DNA of 63,022 nt from Patescibacteria group bacterium (lineage in GTDB: Bacteria > Patescibacteriota > Gracilibacteria > BD1-5 > UBA2023): contig JAVKLK010000033.1 in the NCBI GenBank assembly GCA_031539165.1, positions 1 to 63,022 on the forward strand, written 5' to 3'. The first letter of the stretch is position 1, and each line of letters starts with the position of its first letter. The notes under the pieces are model-generated. The model made no database searches and was not told where the DNA came from. It saw only the letters and a list, made by a program, of their open reading frames with translations. Positions 11,254 to 23,057 of this stretch are shown in pieces. A program made the translations under genes and the position numbers.

Positions 11254-11889
11254 ATGAGACCTTTAGATAATCCCGTTCTCGTTGCAGCATACAAGCATGT
11301 ACTCCAGCTGCTCCAAAAGGTAAAGCATTACCCGTACCACAACATTGGGCACACCCTCGATGTCTTTCGACGGGCTCGAGAACTCGCAAAATCGGAGCAT
11401 ATTTCTCCAGAGGAAGAAGAAGATGTGCTTCTTGCAGCACTCTTTCATGACACTGGTTTTATCGAGTCGTATTCGAAGAATGAGGAAATCGGGGTACGAA
11501 TCGCTCGAGACTGGCTCACGCTCCAGTGACATCCAAAAACGAGAATTGCCCGAGTTGAATCACTCATTCTTGCCACCACTCCATTCTCAAAAACAAAGTC
11601 TGTCCTTGAGCAGATTATTCAAGATGCGGATTTGGATAATTTTGGGAGAGATGATTGTTTCCAGAAGATGCAAAAGGTAGAAGAGGAACTTCGAATCATG
11701 ACCCCACTGGACACACGTTCCATCTATACTATATTTCGCAAGCTTCACCACGAATTTCGATTTCAGACAAAGACATCAATCCGGGAGCGTCAAGCAAAAA
11801 AATTCAGAAATGCGATTCGATTTGATCGAATCTATGAACACGTTCTTTCTCAGGAAAGCTCCGAAGTATCTCTTCCTATCATAGTCTAG
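11254..11889 (+). CDS. HD-domain phosphohydrolase
   Basis: Track ORFs 11254-11529 and 11632-11889 share a frame, joined through TGA 11527-11529. YHNIGHTLDV ... LFHDTGF ... QDADLDNFG, the H..HD..D pattern. Confidence 0.75.
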
Positions 11890-11902
11890 GCATGATCTAT
11901 CA

Positions 11903-13870
11903 ATGAAACGAATTCTCTCCACAATCGCCCTTATCTTTACTCTTGGAACATGAATTGATGTTTCTGCCAATTTCAGCTATCCATTTTGAGAGATAGCAAA
12001 GCCAAGCTGTAGGAAAGAAGCCTGGTCTACACTGCAGGCAGACTGCAAGATGCCTCTCCCAAAAATTTCTGGGGCAGACTATATGAAATACAAAAATGAT
12101 TCCTCATTCCGAAGAATCTACACCGTACTCTGGGGGGCAACCTACGACTACGGATGGGATGTTGGTTTGGGAAGTCATCTCGGGGTAGATATAGCTACCT
12201 CTGAAGGAACTCCCGTACTTGCTATCGGAGCGGGGAAAGTAATACAAGCCGGAAAGGCGAGTGGCTGGGGGAACTTCATTACCATCGCTCATACCCTTGT
12301 TGATAAAACGACTCTTTTTTCAAACTACGCACATCTCTCCGAAATCCAGGTAAAGGTGGGAGATATCGTTCAACAGGGGCAAGTAATAGGAAATGTCGGG
12401 AATACTGGAAACTCCTACGGAAATCACCTCCACTTCCAAATCGATATCACTGACCAACTGCACCCGTATTATTATTCAAAATGTGGAGCAGGGAAAAACC
12501 CTATCGATCTCGTGAACAAAGGAGAGTGTCGCTCGTTCCTCCTCTCCAATACTATCGATCCAATAGCATTTCTCGAAAATGGCACACTCAGCACAAGCGC
12601 ACCAACAGCCGAAACCATTGAAACTATCAAACAGAAGCCGAGCATTATAATTGAGAAAAAATCCATTAAGTCACGAGAAGAAATTCTTAATGAAGAGGCA
12701 GAAGAATATCTCAAAAGCTATAACGTACTCATTGGATTGCCCGCAAAGGGAATGACAACTCTTGTTGGAAGGCCGCTTGATATAACGATACGCGCAGAAG
12801 ATTTCAACAAAAATCCAAGTATCAAAAATCTCCCCGGAGCTGGACTGAAGATTGTTGTAGATGAGTCAAAGGGGACAATGAGCGCTTCAAATATTACTCA
12901 ACTTTTTTGAGGAAAACGAACCATCCAATTTATTCCAAAATCTCCCGGGGTAACCCCAATACGATTCGTGCTCTGAAAGAGAGAAATTGCAAAAGGAGTG
13001 ATTTCTGTTCTTCCGAAAGGACAGAATGTTACAACAAATCAAGTGGAGATACGCGCTACTGCAAAACCCTACCTAGGACAGGAGTATGATGCCTATATTG
13101 CCCCACTTTCTGCATATGGATCATACATTGGGAATCTCCCCTATAGAGAAAGATACATCCTTGAGGTAGTGAAAGGAAAGGCAAAGTTCTGCCTCAAATT
13201 ACCACCAAAAGGAAGCCCCTGTGATCCGAGCATCTTGGTAGAGTCTCTTGAATTCTGATCGGCAGATACTGCTCTTGGATATCTTTCCACTCGAATTGTG
13301 GCGCTTGGAGGTGCCCCCATTGAAGTATCCGTTCGTCAGAAAAATGCAAAAAACAGTCTCGCACGAACAAAGCTTACGGTTCAAAACCCGACAAATCTCG
13401 ATAGACGATACCTCTACTATGATGCGGTTATCGCAGGGCTTGGAAAAAATTGGTGGAGTACTCGAAGTGGGTACGCGGGACAAGAACAACAAATGACTAC
13501 TCCCATGGTTCGAGAAATGGTAGAGCGACTTCTTGCTTATCGGATGCTCAAAGCAGGGAACGACATTCAGAAAAAACAAGCAGCACGTTCCGCGCTTGAC
13601 ACCTTCAGAAGGACAAGCTCCTCGCTCCCCAATAAAAACTGGTCGAGAGGAGAATTTGCAGAATTGCTTCTCAGAACTCTCAAAATCCCTCTCGTACAGA
13701 GATCACCCGTATTCCAGGATGAAGCTGAGGCTTTTGAAAAAACTATTTGAACCCTCAGAAGTGTATATAGTTTCCGCTGGCAAGATCAATTCGGAGAACG
13801 GTACTTCCAAGGTTCAGCGAATATCACTGTTGGAGAAGCACTCTACCTTTTAGAAAGAGTGTATCGATAA
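11903..13870 (+). CDS. secreted M23 (LytM-type) peptidase with long C-terminal extension
   Basis: ATG 11903 with signal peptide MKRILSTIALIFTLG. Joined in frame through TGA codons to track ORFs 12050-12910, 12998-13258 and 13298-13750, then on to TAA 13868-13870. M23 motifs SHLGVDIA and GNHLHFQI. The C-terminal ~60 aa is SLH-like. Confidence 0.8.
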
Positions 13871-13884
13871 TACAGAAGCGAGCA

Positions 13885-15837
13885 CTACCGACGCTTCCTT
13901 CTGAGCTCGATGAGTTTGTCTCTCAAATCTGCAGCAAGTTCGAAATCAAGGTTACTTGCCGCCACATCCATTTCGAGTTCCAACCGTCTAATAGCAGTAT
14001 CGAGCTTCTCAGAAGGAAGTTCTGCCAGTTCAGCCTCACTTTTCTTCCCCTTAAGTCAGATTTCCTTGATGGAAGAAAGGATGGTTTGTGGAGTAATTCC
14101 ATGAGCCACATTGTACGCATGTTGCACTCAACGACGCTGCTGCGTAATATCAATCGCCTCCTGCATGGCAGAAGAAATCCTCTTTTGATGAGAGTACATG
14201 ATAACTCTTCCATTCACATTCCGCGCAGCTCGACCGATAATCTGGAGCAAGGCACTCGTAGATCGAAGAAATCCTATCTTCTCCGCATCAAGAATTCCGA
14301 TAAACGAAACCTCCGGCAAATCAAGCCCCTCTCGCAAGAGATTTACTCAAACAATAACTTCAATCTTTCCGAGTCGAAGATCTCGCAAAATCTCAAGTCG
14401 CTCAATCGTTTCAATCTCTGAGTGGAGGTATTTTACCTTTACGCCATTCCCCGCGAGATATTCAGCAAGCTCCTCGCTCGATTTCTTTGTGAGAGTGGTT
14501 ATAAGCGCTCTCTCCCCTCGAGATCGGACATCTTGAATATTTCGCATGAGTGAATCCACCATAAATTCCATATCCTCAAGCTCAATTTGAGGATCAAGAA
14601 GTCCAGTAGGACGAATAATCTGCTCATGGACCTCAACTTGCTTTTCTGCTTCATATTTGGAGGGGGTTGCCGAGACAAAAACGGTTTGTCCCAGTTTTTT
14701 CTCAAACTCTTCAAACTTCAACGGGCGATTCTCGAGTGCGGATGGAAGGCGAAACCCATATTCAACAAGATTCAATTTTCTTGCCCTATCTCCCGCGTAC
14801 ATTCCACCCACTTGAGGTATGGATATATGAGATTCATCAATGAATACAAGATAGTCTTTCGGGAAAAAATTGAGCAAGGTAGACGGAGTACTTCCTGGCT
14901 CTCTCCGAGATAGGTACATCGAGTAGTTTTCAACTCCATTCACATATCAGACTTCCTGAAGCATTTCTAGGTCGTATTCTGTCTTCATTTTGATGCGCTC
15001 TGCCTCAAGAAGTTTCCCATTCTTCTTGAAAAATTCTACTCGTTCATCCAGTTCAGTTCGAATCTTTGGAATAATTTCTGCAACAATATCGGGAGATGTA
15101 ACAAAATGTTTCGCCGGAAAAAGGGTGACCTCTGAAACAGTCTCAATTCGCTCGTTTGTAAGGGCCTCTTTCCAATACATGCGCTCGAGCTCATCTCCAA
15201 AAAAATCAAGTACGAGGATGTGCTCACTCGAGCTTGGGAATATTTCCAATACATCACCGATAAGTCGGAACATTCCCGGCTTAAAGTCTGCTGAAGCACG
15301 ACGAAATTGAAGGGATACGAGTGTCGAAATAATCGACTCCATCGGGTAGTTTTTCTTGGTTTCAAAGAAGACGGTTTGTCCATGATAGTCATCAACCTCC
15401 CCTATTCCATAAATACAAGATACGGATGCAACAATAATGACATCCCTTCTTGTAAGAAGACTCTCCGTTGCAGCATGACGAAGACGATCTATTTCTTCAT
15501 TGATAGTCGATTCTTTCTCGATATATGTCCCTGTTTTTACCACAAAAGCCTCTGGCTGATAGTAGTCATAGTAACTGACAAAGTAGTGCACCGCATTCTC
15601 TGGAAAAAATTCTTTAAATTCTTGCGCAAGTTGTGCGGCAAGAGTCTTGTTGTGGGCAAGCACAAGAGTGGGACGTTGAAGCTCCTGGATAATATTTGCC
15701 ATGGTAAAGGTCTTTCATGAACCAGTAACTCCAAGCAGTGTCTGAAATGGATTTCCTTTACGAATTGAAGCAACGAGTCATGCAATTGCTTCGGGTTGAT
15801 CGCCGGTGGGTTTGTATTTGGAGTGAAGCTGAAACAT
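13885..15837 (-). CDS. uvrB: excinuclease ABC subunit B
   Basis: All fragments (15702-14947, 14943-14347, 14337-14128 and the tail) share one frame. N-terminus [18 protein letters not shown]. Walker A GVTGSGKTFT has its second G encoded by TGA (rc 15715-15717). C-terminal UVR motif [13 protein letters not shown]. Ends TAG (rc 13885-13887). Confidence 0.95.
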
Positions 15838-15954
15838 CGGTCAAAAGAAGAACGAAGGAGTACATTTAGAAAATCATTCTATCAGAAAGGAAGTGATTTG
15901 CGATTGATTTTCAAAATATATATCCGATAATGATTCGGTAATCCGTTGTTATTT

Positions 15955-16512
15955 ATGCAGACGTTTCTTAAAACAGAACAAGACGGGAACCGAGTAGAGT
16001 TCCTTGTCGATACCAATATCTTCTCTCTATCAAGCATTCTCAAGGCATCCTATATGTTTTTGGATGTTGCCTATTTCTTCTTCCGCAAGGACGAACAAGG
16101 AAATGTTGTAGTCCAAGTCACCAGAAAAGGTGACACTGGGATTGCTCCTGAGAGCCTCATCCGAGACTACAGTGATGAACTTCTTGCCACCGTTCTCCGA
16201 GAAAATCTTGAGCGAGACAACAAAGAAATTCGTGAAACTATCGTAAAAACCGCTCTTGGCGGGTATGCGGATGTACGAGGACATACGTCTGTAAATACAA
16301 ATCAGTATTCTCAGAATCTAATAGATTTTGATAAAGATATTGATGAAATCCTCAAAGAAATTGAAAGTGATCCAGATCTTCAGATAGACCAAGCAGAAAT
16401 CGATGCCGTTCTCAAAGAGATAGAATCATCTGAATCAAAGCGTAAAAATGGAAGCGTAACTATTGATCCTAATAAAGTTAAAGATGCTAAAGCAAAATTT
16501 TGATCTCGATAA
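15955..16512 (+). CDS. hxsD: HxsD-like protein with acidic repeat tail
   Basis: ATG 15955 (track TTG 15946). VEFLVDTNIFSLSSILKASYMFLDVAYFFF resembles the small His-Xaa-Ser system protein HxsD. The C-terminal tail carries the repeat IDEILKEIESDPD / IDAVLKEIESSES. Reads through TGA 16501-16503 to TAA 16510-16512. The family call is from memory of the family, not a search. Confidence 0.5.
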
Positions 16513-16690
16513 AGAGCTATACTCTGCATCCTCAATAGACACAACACTTGAGGCCTTTCAAGAGGGGTTTGAAGATGTGTATTTCAGTCGAACCGAATCT
16601 GGAATTGAGATACATGCAGAAAGTAAGGATGCCATCGAAATTGCCTTCTTGGAATTCGTGACCTACTGTACTTCTGTTTCTTCCCTATAG
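16484..16690 (+). CDS. second small HxsD-like protein (68 aa)
   Basis: ATG 16484: MLKQNFDLDKELYSASSIDTTLEAFQEGFEDVYF...IAFLEFVTYC. Overlaps the end of the previous CDS in another frame and stops 3 nt before the radical SAM gene. Confidence 0.4.
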   Translation: MLKQNFDLDKELYSASSIDTTLEAFQEGFEDVYFSRTESGIEIHAESKDAIEIAFLEFVTYCTSVSSL

Positions 16691-16693
16691 CTT

Positions 16694-18172
16694 ATGAGTA
16701 TGAATCTCCTTTCGCTTGCAAAAAATATCCATCCTAGTGTAGGATTCTTTCGATTCAAGAAATTGAATGGAAAAATTCTGATAACAAATGAAATAGGTGG
16801 ATGGCACTTCCTTGATGAAGATGAGTTTGCCTCATATGTTCAGGGTAAACTTGAGGATGGACCTTTATATGAAGCGTTAAAAAACAAGCTCTTTATAAAG
16901 GGACCCGATTATGAGGCTCAGATGGCAGCGGTATACCGGAAAAAAAATTCCTTCCTATTTTTCGGACCAACACTACACATGATTGTAACTACTCTTCGGT
17001 GTAATCATGCCTGCAAGTACTGTCATGCGGCTGTAGCCCCAATGACCGCAAAAGACTTGGATATGACAGTAGAAACAGCGGAAAAGGTTGTTGATACCAT
17101 CTTTTACTCATCGTCACCAAATCTGACCATTGAGTTTCAAGGAGGAGAAAGTCTGGTAAACTGGAAAGTTGTACAGTTTGTAATAGGATATGCCAAACAA
17201 AAGGCGTACTTTCTAAAAAAGAATCTTACCTTCTCTTTGGTCACCAATCTGTCTTTGATGGACGATGAAAAACTTACATATCTTCTAGATGAGGGGATTA
17301 ATATCTGTACGTCACTTGATGGAGATACGGAAACACATAATGATCAGCGAGTTTGGAAAGATGGAAATTCATATGAGAAAGCCACCTATTGGATTAAGAA
17401 AATAGAAAATGAGATGAAAAAGCGATGAGATGAATCCTACAAAGTATGAGCCCTAACTACTTGGACAAAAACAAGTATAAAGAATTATAAGAAGATAATT
17501 GATGCCTACGCATCTCTTGGAATAAACACAATTGGATTTAGATGGCTGAATCCGTATGGGTTTGCGGCTGCGCAAAAAGCCGACATGAGTTACTCTCTTG
17601 AAGAATATAAGGCTTTTTATAGGAATTGAATGGACTACATTCTTGATTTAAACAAGAAAGGGGTCTATCTTAGAGAAATGATTTCATCAGTATATCTGCA
17701 AAGCATACTAACAAACGAAGGAACTCAGTTTATGGATATTCGATCTCCTTCTGGGGTAGCACTATGATGAGTGGCATACAATTATGATGGGAAGGTCTAT
17801 GCGTCAGATGAATCACGCATGCTTTGAAGAATGGGCAAACAAGATTTTCTTCTCACTCCTATGCTAGAAACTGGAGAGGCCACATATACAGCCATGGCAA
17901 ACTCAGATGTGACAAAAATCGCAACTCTTGCAAGTACTTTGGATGGATTACCAGGATACAATGACTCTGTTTACAAACCCTATATGGGAACGGATATTAT
18001 CTATTCCTATACTCAATACGGGAATCCTTATAGTACTTTTGCGAAAGATGAGAAGAATAAAATGCATCTCGTAACTCTAGATTATCTGTTTGAAAAACTC
18101 CAAGATCCAGAATCAGCAAAAATATTCAAAAGCTGGGTATTTGGTGAAGATTTTCTAAAATCAGAGGCCTAG
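16694..18172 (+). CDS. radical SAM maturase, HxsB/HxsC-like (rSAM-1)
   Basis: Track ORFs 16694-17428 and 17831-18172 share a frame, joined through six TGA codons. CNHACKYC (CxxxCxxC) and FQGGES. N-terminal FRFKKLNGKILITNEIGGWHFLDEDEF is typical of peptide-maturase rSAMs. No Cys after the core. Confidence 0.85.
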
Positions 18173-18231
18173 CTGGTTCTTCTTGATTCTCGAGATTTAC
18201 ATGCTATACTTAAGTCACTAACATCACTATT

Positions 18232-18717
18232 ATGAGCATTAAACCAAAAAAGGAGCTCCCAAAAATTAAAAAAAATCTCTCTGGATTTCTGACACCAGAG
18301 AGCTCAAAAATAAAAAAACTTGATGCACTCGCTCTAGCAGTTGGAGCACTCGCCCTACTATGAGGTGTATCGGAAGCAGCAGCAAGCCACTCTAGCTCTA
18401 TAACTCCATCTCATAGCAATGCTGGAAGTCATGGAAATGGAGGAATCCAATCTGGAACCGCCTCGCACGTGAATGGAAATGGTATTGATGGAACAGTATG
18501 GTATAACCAAGGATTTGCAAACTGCGCCGTGAGTCAAGTAGTGAATTGACACGTAAGTGGAAGTATCCCGAGCCAAGTTCCTGGAACGGCAGATATTTCT
18601 GGATGAAATATTATGGGGACAAATTTATCTGCACACTCTAACAGCACAGTAAACAGTCACGCGAGTCATGGAAGTCATGGAAGTCATGGAAGTCATGGAA
18701 GTCATGCTGCTTACTAA
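18232..18717 (+). CDS. hxsA: His-Xaa-Ser repeat protein, putative RiPP precursor (HxsA-like)
   Basis: 161 codons. Lys-rich N-terminus, one hydrophobic segment LDALALAVGALALLGGV, then scattered SHSS, SHSN, SHGN, SHVN, GHVS, AHSN, SHAS, ending SHGSHGSHGSHGSHAAY. Three in-frame TGA codons. Confidence 0.75.
18664..18708 (+). repeat. tandem 9-nt coding repeat (agtcatgga x4 plus agtcatgct)
   Basis: Encodes (Ser-His-Gly)4-Ser-His-Ala at the C-terminus of the HxsA-like CDS. Confidence 0.95.
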
Positions 18718-18726
18718 ATTTTAGAC

Positions 18727-19422
18727 ATGAACAAAATAAAACAGTCACCTCAGATTATTATCGCTAGTATTCTGGCGTTTCTCATAGGATGTGGAGCTAT
18801 GTTCGCATGGTCTCAGCTACAGCATGTCTGAAATGGGAAATCAGAGAAAAAAGAAACTCGTGAAATGGTGCAAAAAAATTCTTCTGGCACTACTACCGGA
18901 ACCTGAGAGGTACCTTCTATTCGGATACCAACCCAATCTGATGTGTTTATGCAGAGCTTCTCTTGAATTATAAATGGAGAAGGATTTGATGCAAAGTTCA
19001 CAGCATACGGTCAAGCAAAAAAAACCATAGGCGACTATATAGCGAATGGAAGTGGTGGAATCTTTTACGAGTATCCAGGAACCGATTATGTAGTTCCGTC
19101 CCTTTTTGTCTGTGAAACCCTTACAACAGCAAAGAATATGAAAGACTTTGAAGGAGAGCTCCGGAATTCTATTCGCAAGTACCAAAGTGTTTTTACAATA
19201 CAGTCTAAATCTTCAGAAAACCCTGATTTTAAAATGCTCAATGAACATCTTCAGTCGTTTATATCAGGAAAAATACCATTTGAAGCATATCAAAAACTCG
19301 TAAGTCCTCTTCTTCAAAAATATGAGAAAGAGAGCAAGCTTTTTTCTTTCTTTCAAGAACTTATTGATATGAAAAAGGATGACACAGTTGACTGTGCCCA
19401 GCTCTCAAGAAAATACTTCTAA
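18727..19422 (+). CDS. putative lipoprotein
   Basis: ATG 18727, 9 nt after the precursor stop. Signal peptide with lipobox FLIGC. Joined through three TGA codons to track ORF 19138-19422. Confidence 0.6.
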
Positions 19423-19425
19423 GTT

Positions 19426-20898
19426 ATGTCCCGCGCCCATATACAATTTAGGGGGGTTATCGCCGATATTGACCAGAAGAAGAGTGGATGACATTTTCCC
19501 GATCAGCTCATTATTCGGGTTTGAAAATGATGTAACTTTCGTTGTGCCTTTTGTAATGTTGCAGAAAATGAAAAAGTCTTAAGCATAAAGGCATCACTCA
19601 AGGAAATTCTTGCCATAACCTTCCGCAAGATTCTTCATTCGAATCTTACCTCTGGAAGGATTAATGTTACCGTCTCTTGAGGCGAACCAAGTATATTTCA
19701 GGCAGAAACTATTTTTGTATTGAGATATTTTCGAAAGTATTTTGAAAAAAGAGGAATTACTGCTCAATTCGATATTCAAACGAACGCATCAAATATTGAT
19801 CAGAGATTCTCCGAAATACTCAAACAGGAATGAGTGGTTCAAGCTCTTGTTTCAACACATGCTCATGATCCCGATATATACAAAAAAATTATTGGTGTTC
19901 CCTATGAAACTCTGGGAAAGAAGGCTGAGCTAGGAATACGCAATCTCATCGAATGTTGAATTCCCGTTTCTCTTAATATAGTAATGAACTGAGTAAATGC
20001 TGATCATTACTTTGAACATATACAATACCTCGTTGCCTCTTTCCCAGAGATTGAACTTTATAACCTGGGTATGATGCAGCCTCACTGAATGGCACAAAAG
20101 AATTTAGAAGAGCTCTATCTTCCTTACGAAAAAGGACACCATCAGTATAACAGAGCAATTCACTATCTTAAGTGAATTGGGAAACGAGTTCATTCACATC
20201 TCGTAGGGCCACCTGTATGCTATATGGACGATGTAAGCTCAAGTCTTGAGTATCTTCATAACCGGAACATTTTCAGGGAATGACCTCAATCACAAACGCT
20301 TATTCAGGATATCAATGATGATAACAAAACTCATACCTCAGCCTGCAGAATGTGCAGAGCCAAGAGAGTATGCAGTGGAACATGGAAAGAATATGCTGAC
20401 AAACAGACGCTCCATCCAATCCCCACTGGACAATTTCTTATAAGCTCAAAATGATGCCATATATTTGAGAATAAAGCTGCTGCTGAAAAGCTTTATTCTC
20501 AAGGAATTCGTGAAGTATTCATTCTTGGAAAAGACAGTAATCAAATTATTGATGACATTGCTACGGTTAAGAATATCTGATACGAATCTATCATTTTAGT
20601 AGATACATTTGAAAATGTGAAAAATCCTTCGGACATATCCTGAGTAACAATTCAATCTTGGTTTGAAGACATGAAGAAGTACGGTCTTCAGAAGCTGCTT
20701 CATATAGAAAGATACAACCGAGAGAGTGGATTTCAGTTCCAGATTGACTCAGATGTACATATTCCCTATTTATCTTCAAAAGAAGCTGAGTGGATAAATC
20801 AACACCCTTTTCCAAGCATAGTATACCATGTTCACTCCTGGAGTCATGAGGCAAAGATGAAATGTCAAAATCGTTCAAATATAGTTTTCTGAAAATAA
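19426..20898 (+). CDS. radical SAM protein with C-terminal Cys motif and ~170 aa extension (rSAM-2)
   Basis: ATG 3 nt after the previous stop. IIRVGKGCNFRCAFCNV (CxxxCxxC). VSGGEPS with the first G encoded by TGA 19678-19680. Later CRMCRAKRVCSG (CxxCx5C). More than ten in-frame TGA codons. Tail matches track ORF 20671-20892. Confidence 0.85.
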
Positions 20899-20901
20899 CA
20901 T

Positions 20902-22347
20902 ATGAAAGTGGTAATTTTTTGATTTGGAAGACAAGGAAAAAAATATGCCTCGTATTTTAAATCCAAGGGAAATCACCAAATATTGATTGTTGGGAGGCAA
21001 AAAAGAAATGATGCCGATGGGCAGAAATATTGTGAATATGAACATTTCTTACAAGAATATAGATATACATCCTTTGATCTTGCGATAGTTGCAGTATCCC
21101 CCTTAAATGAACAAGAAAAGGTCATTCAAAACATTACCGAGCTTCCCATTTCGAAGATTCTCATAGAAAAACCCATAGGGAGTAGCCTGCTCCTAAAAAA
21201 ACTTTGCTCTAGAGAAAATGTTTTTTACTACTTCGATGAACTCTTTCATCCAGTATTCAACATGATGCTCAATCCAGAACGCTTACATATAGAAGCTGAG
21301 GATGAGAGTGATGCAATGAATATTATTGATCATGCACTCTCTTGATTTCTTTATCGAAAAGACTTTGAGTCAATCATATCAAATCTTTCAATAGAATATA
21401 AAAAATGATCTCCCAGCTATACTATTTATGAAAACGGAGAGACAATCGTTCATAAAGATGGAAATCTATCGTTCGGGAATCATGCTTTCTTCGAGTTAGC
21501 TTTTGATGCTGGAGTAAAATCTACTCTAGAAAGTATGGAAGATCCTGTAATCTGGGAAACAATTCGTATAAATAGCATATTCCTCCGGGAGTTTACGGAG
21601 CGCTGGAAACAAAAAAAGAATGTAGACTTATTTATAGGATTAAATGAATGTGAAGGACAATGTTTATTTTGTAATAAATGAGTGGGTCTCGTATGAGTTA
21701 CTGAGAGTGGAAAACAAAGTCAAGAAAACTGCATCCGCTACACTCCAAAAACAGAGGCAGAAGTATTCAAGATTGCAAAAAAGTGTTGGTGAAGTCCTGA
21801 AGTAATAACTATAACGGGATACGAGCCTATTCTTTACCCCAGGCTTACGGAACTACTTGACATAATTAGGGAAAGTAATCCCTCGGCCAAGATTCGCCTA
21901 AGAACGTCTGGATTTATAGAAATAAACCCAGTTCTCTACGAGAAGATAGATGGCGTCGAGCTTCCTATATATGGCTCAACTGAATTCATTCAAAATGCCA
22001 TGGGGGGCAACACAAAAGCATGGGAATGACTGCAGAAGAATATTGAAATAATCCAATCATATTGATTCATTGGGAAAATATTTTTTCAGACCATTCCTCT
22101 TCGAGAAAATATCCACGATATCAAGCATATACTTAACATGGTAGATGCTCTTGGAAATCAGAATGAGTTTCGGATTATATACCCCTATTTCATGCCAACT
22201 ATTCATATGGAACAGTTACTAAGTCGTGCAGAGGTGATAAAAACACTTCTGTCTGAATTGCCAGAAGTACTGAGAAAAAAATGTACTTTGGTTAACTTTC
22301 CAAGAAAACCATATTTAGATAACTTATTTAGAAGCATATGCCACTAG
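20902..22347 (+). CDS. Gfo/Idh/MocA-type NAD(P)-binding domain fused to a radical SAM domain (rSAM-3)
   Basis: N-terminus MKVVIFGFGRQGKKYASYF (GxGxxG, with one G encoded by TGA) and ILIEKP (the EKP signature). C-terminal half has CEGQCLFC (CxxxCxxC) and ITITGYEPIL. Joins track ORFs 20983-21345 and 22138-22347 in one frame. Confidence 0.8.
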
Positions 22348-23057
22348 TATCACGCCCTGTTTGATTCTGATTTAATATTCTCAGTGATGCTAAAAGCGAA
22401 TTTCACAGTCTGTTTCATGGAAATGAGATGGCAAGTTATTGCAAAATCATAAGTAGTGAATCTCACCCTGATATTCCAACCATAAAAGAAGTATATTTTT
22501 CATTTTGGAAAACAAGCGCCTACTCAAACGGAATTTTAAATTTTACAGAACTTCTCTCTCGGAGTCATTCACAAGAAGTACCAAAGATAGAAGCTCTATA
22601 CGAGAATCTTCTCAAGAAACAGTGAAAGCCAGGGGAAATATGAGAGATACACTACGGAATAGATTACTTAGACCATGATTTAGCCATATATTTTTGTTTT
22701 AAGGATAAATTAACTATCACAAAACTTCTTTCGGATGCATGTAAACTTCCGGAGGACTTTTTTTCGGAGTTCTTTTGGGAAGAGGCACGGAGGTTTCATC
22801 TTAAAATAAAGTACCATAGAAATGGGCAGGATATATCTGGAGTATTCACTTCGCATAATACCCCCGATATCAATGGCTTCCTCAAGTTTTTATCGAAATA
22901 TGAATCCGAAAAGCTCAAAGATATAGAGGCATATCACTCTAAAATAAAGGAAGAGTTTGTTATATATAATATTGAGTACTCGTTTAATTTTACAAAATGA
23001 AAGCTTGAAAATGTAGTATATTTCGTACTTCCTCGGTTTTGAGAGATTAGTGAGTAA
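22338..23057 (+). CDS. hypothetical protein
   Basis: ATG 22338 overlaps the previous stop by 10 nt (alternative ATG 22428). Includes track ORF 22428-22625 and reads through TGA codons to TAA 23055-23057. No motif recognised. Confidence 0.5.

Noticed and set aside
18664-18708. Short tandem repeats (also 49137-49172 and 53621-53647) considered as CRISPR or other non-coding arrays
   Set aside because: The units are 9-12 nt with no spacers and are in frame within CDS. They encode (SHG)n, (GGFS)3 and (AAP)n.
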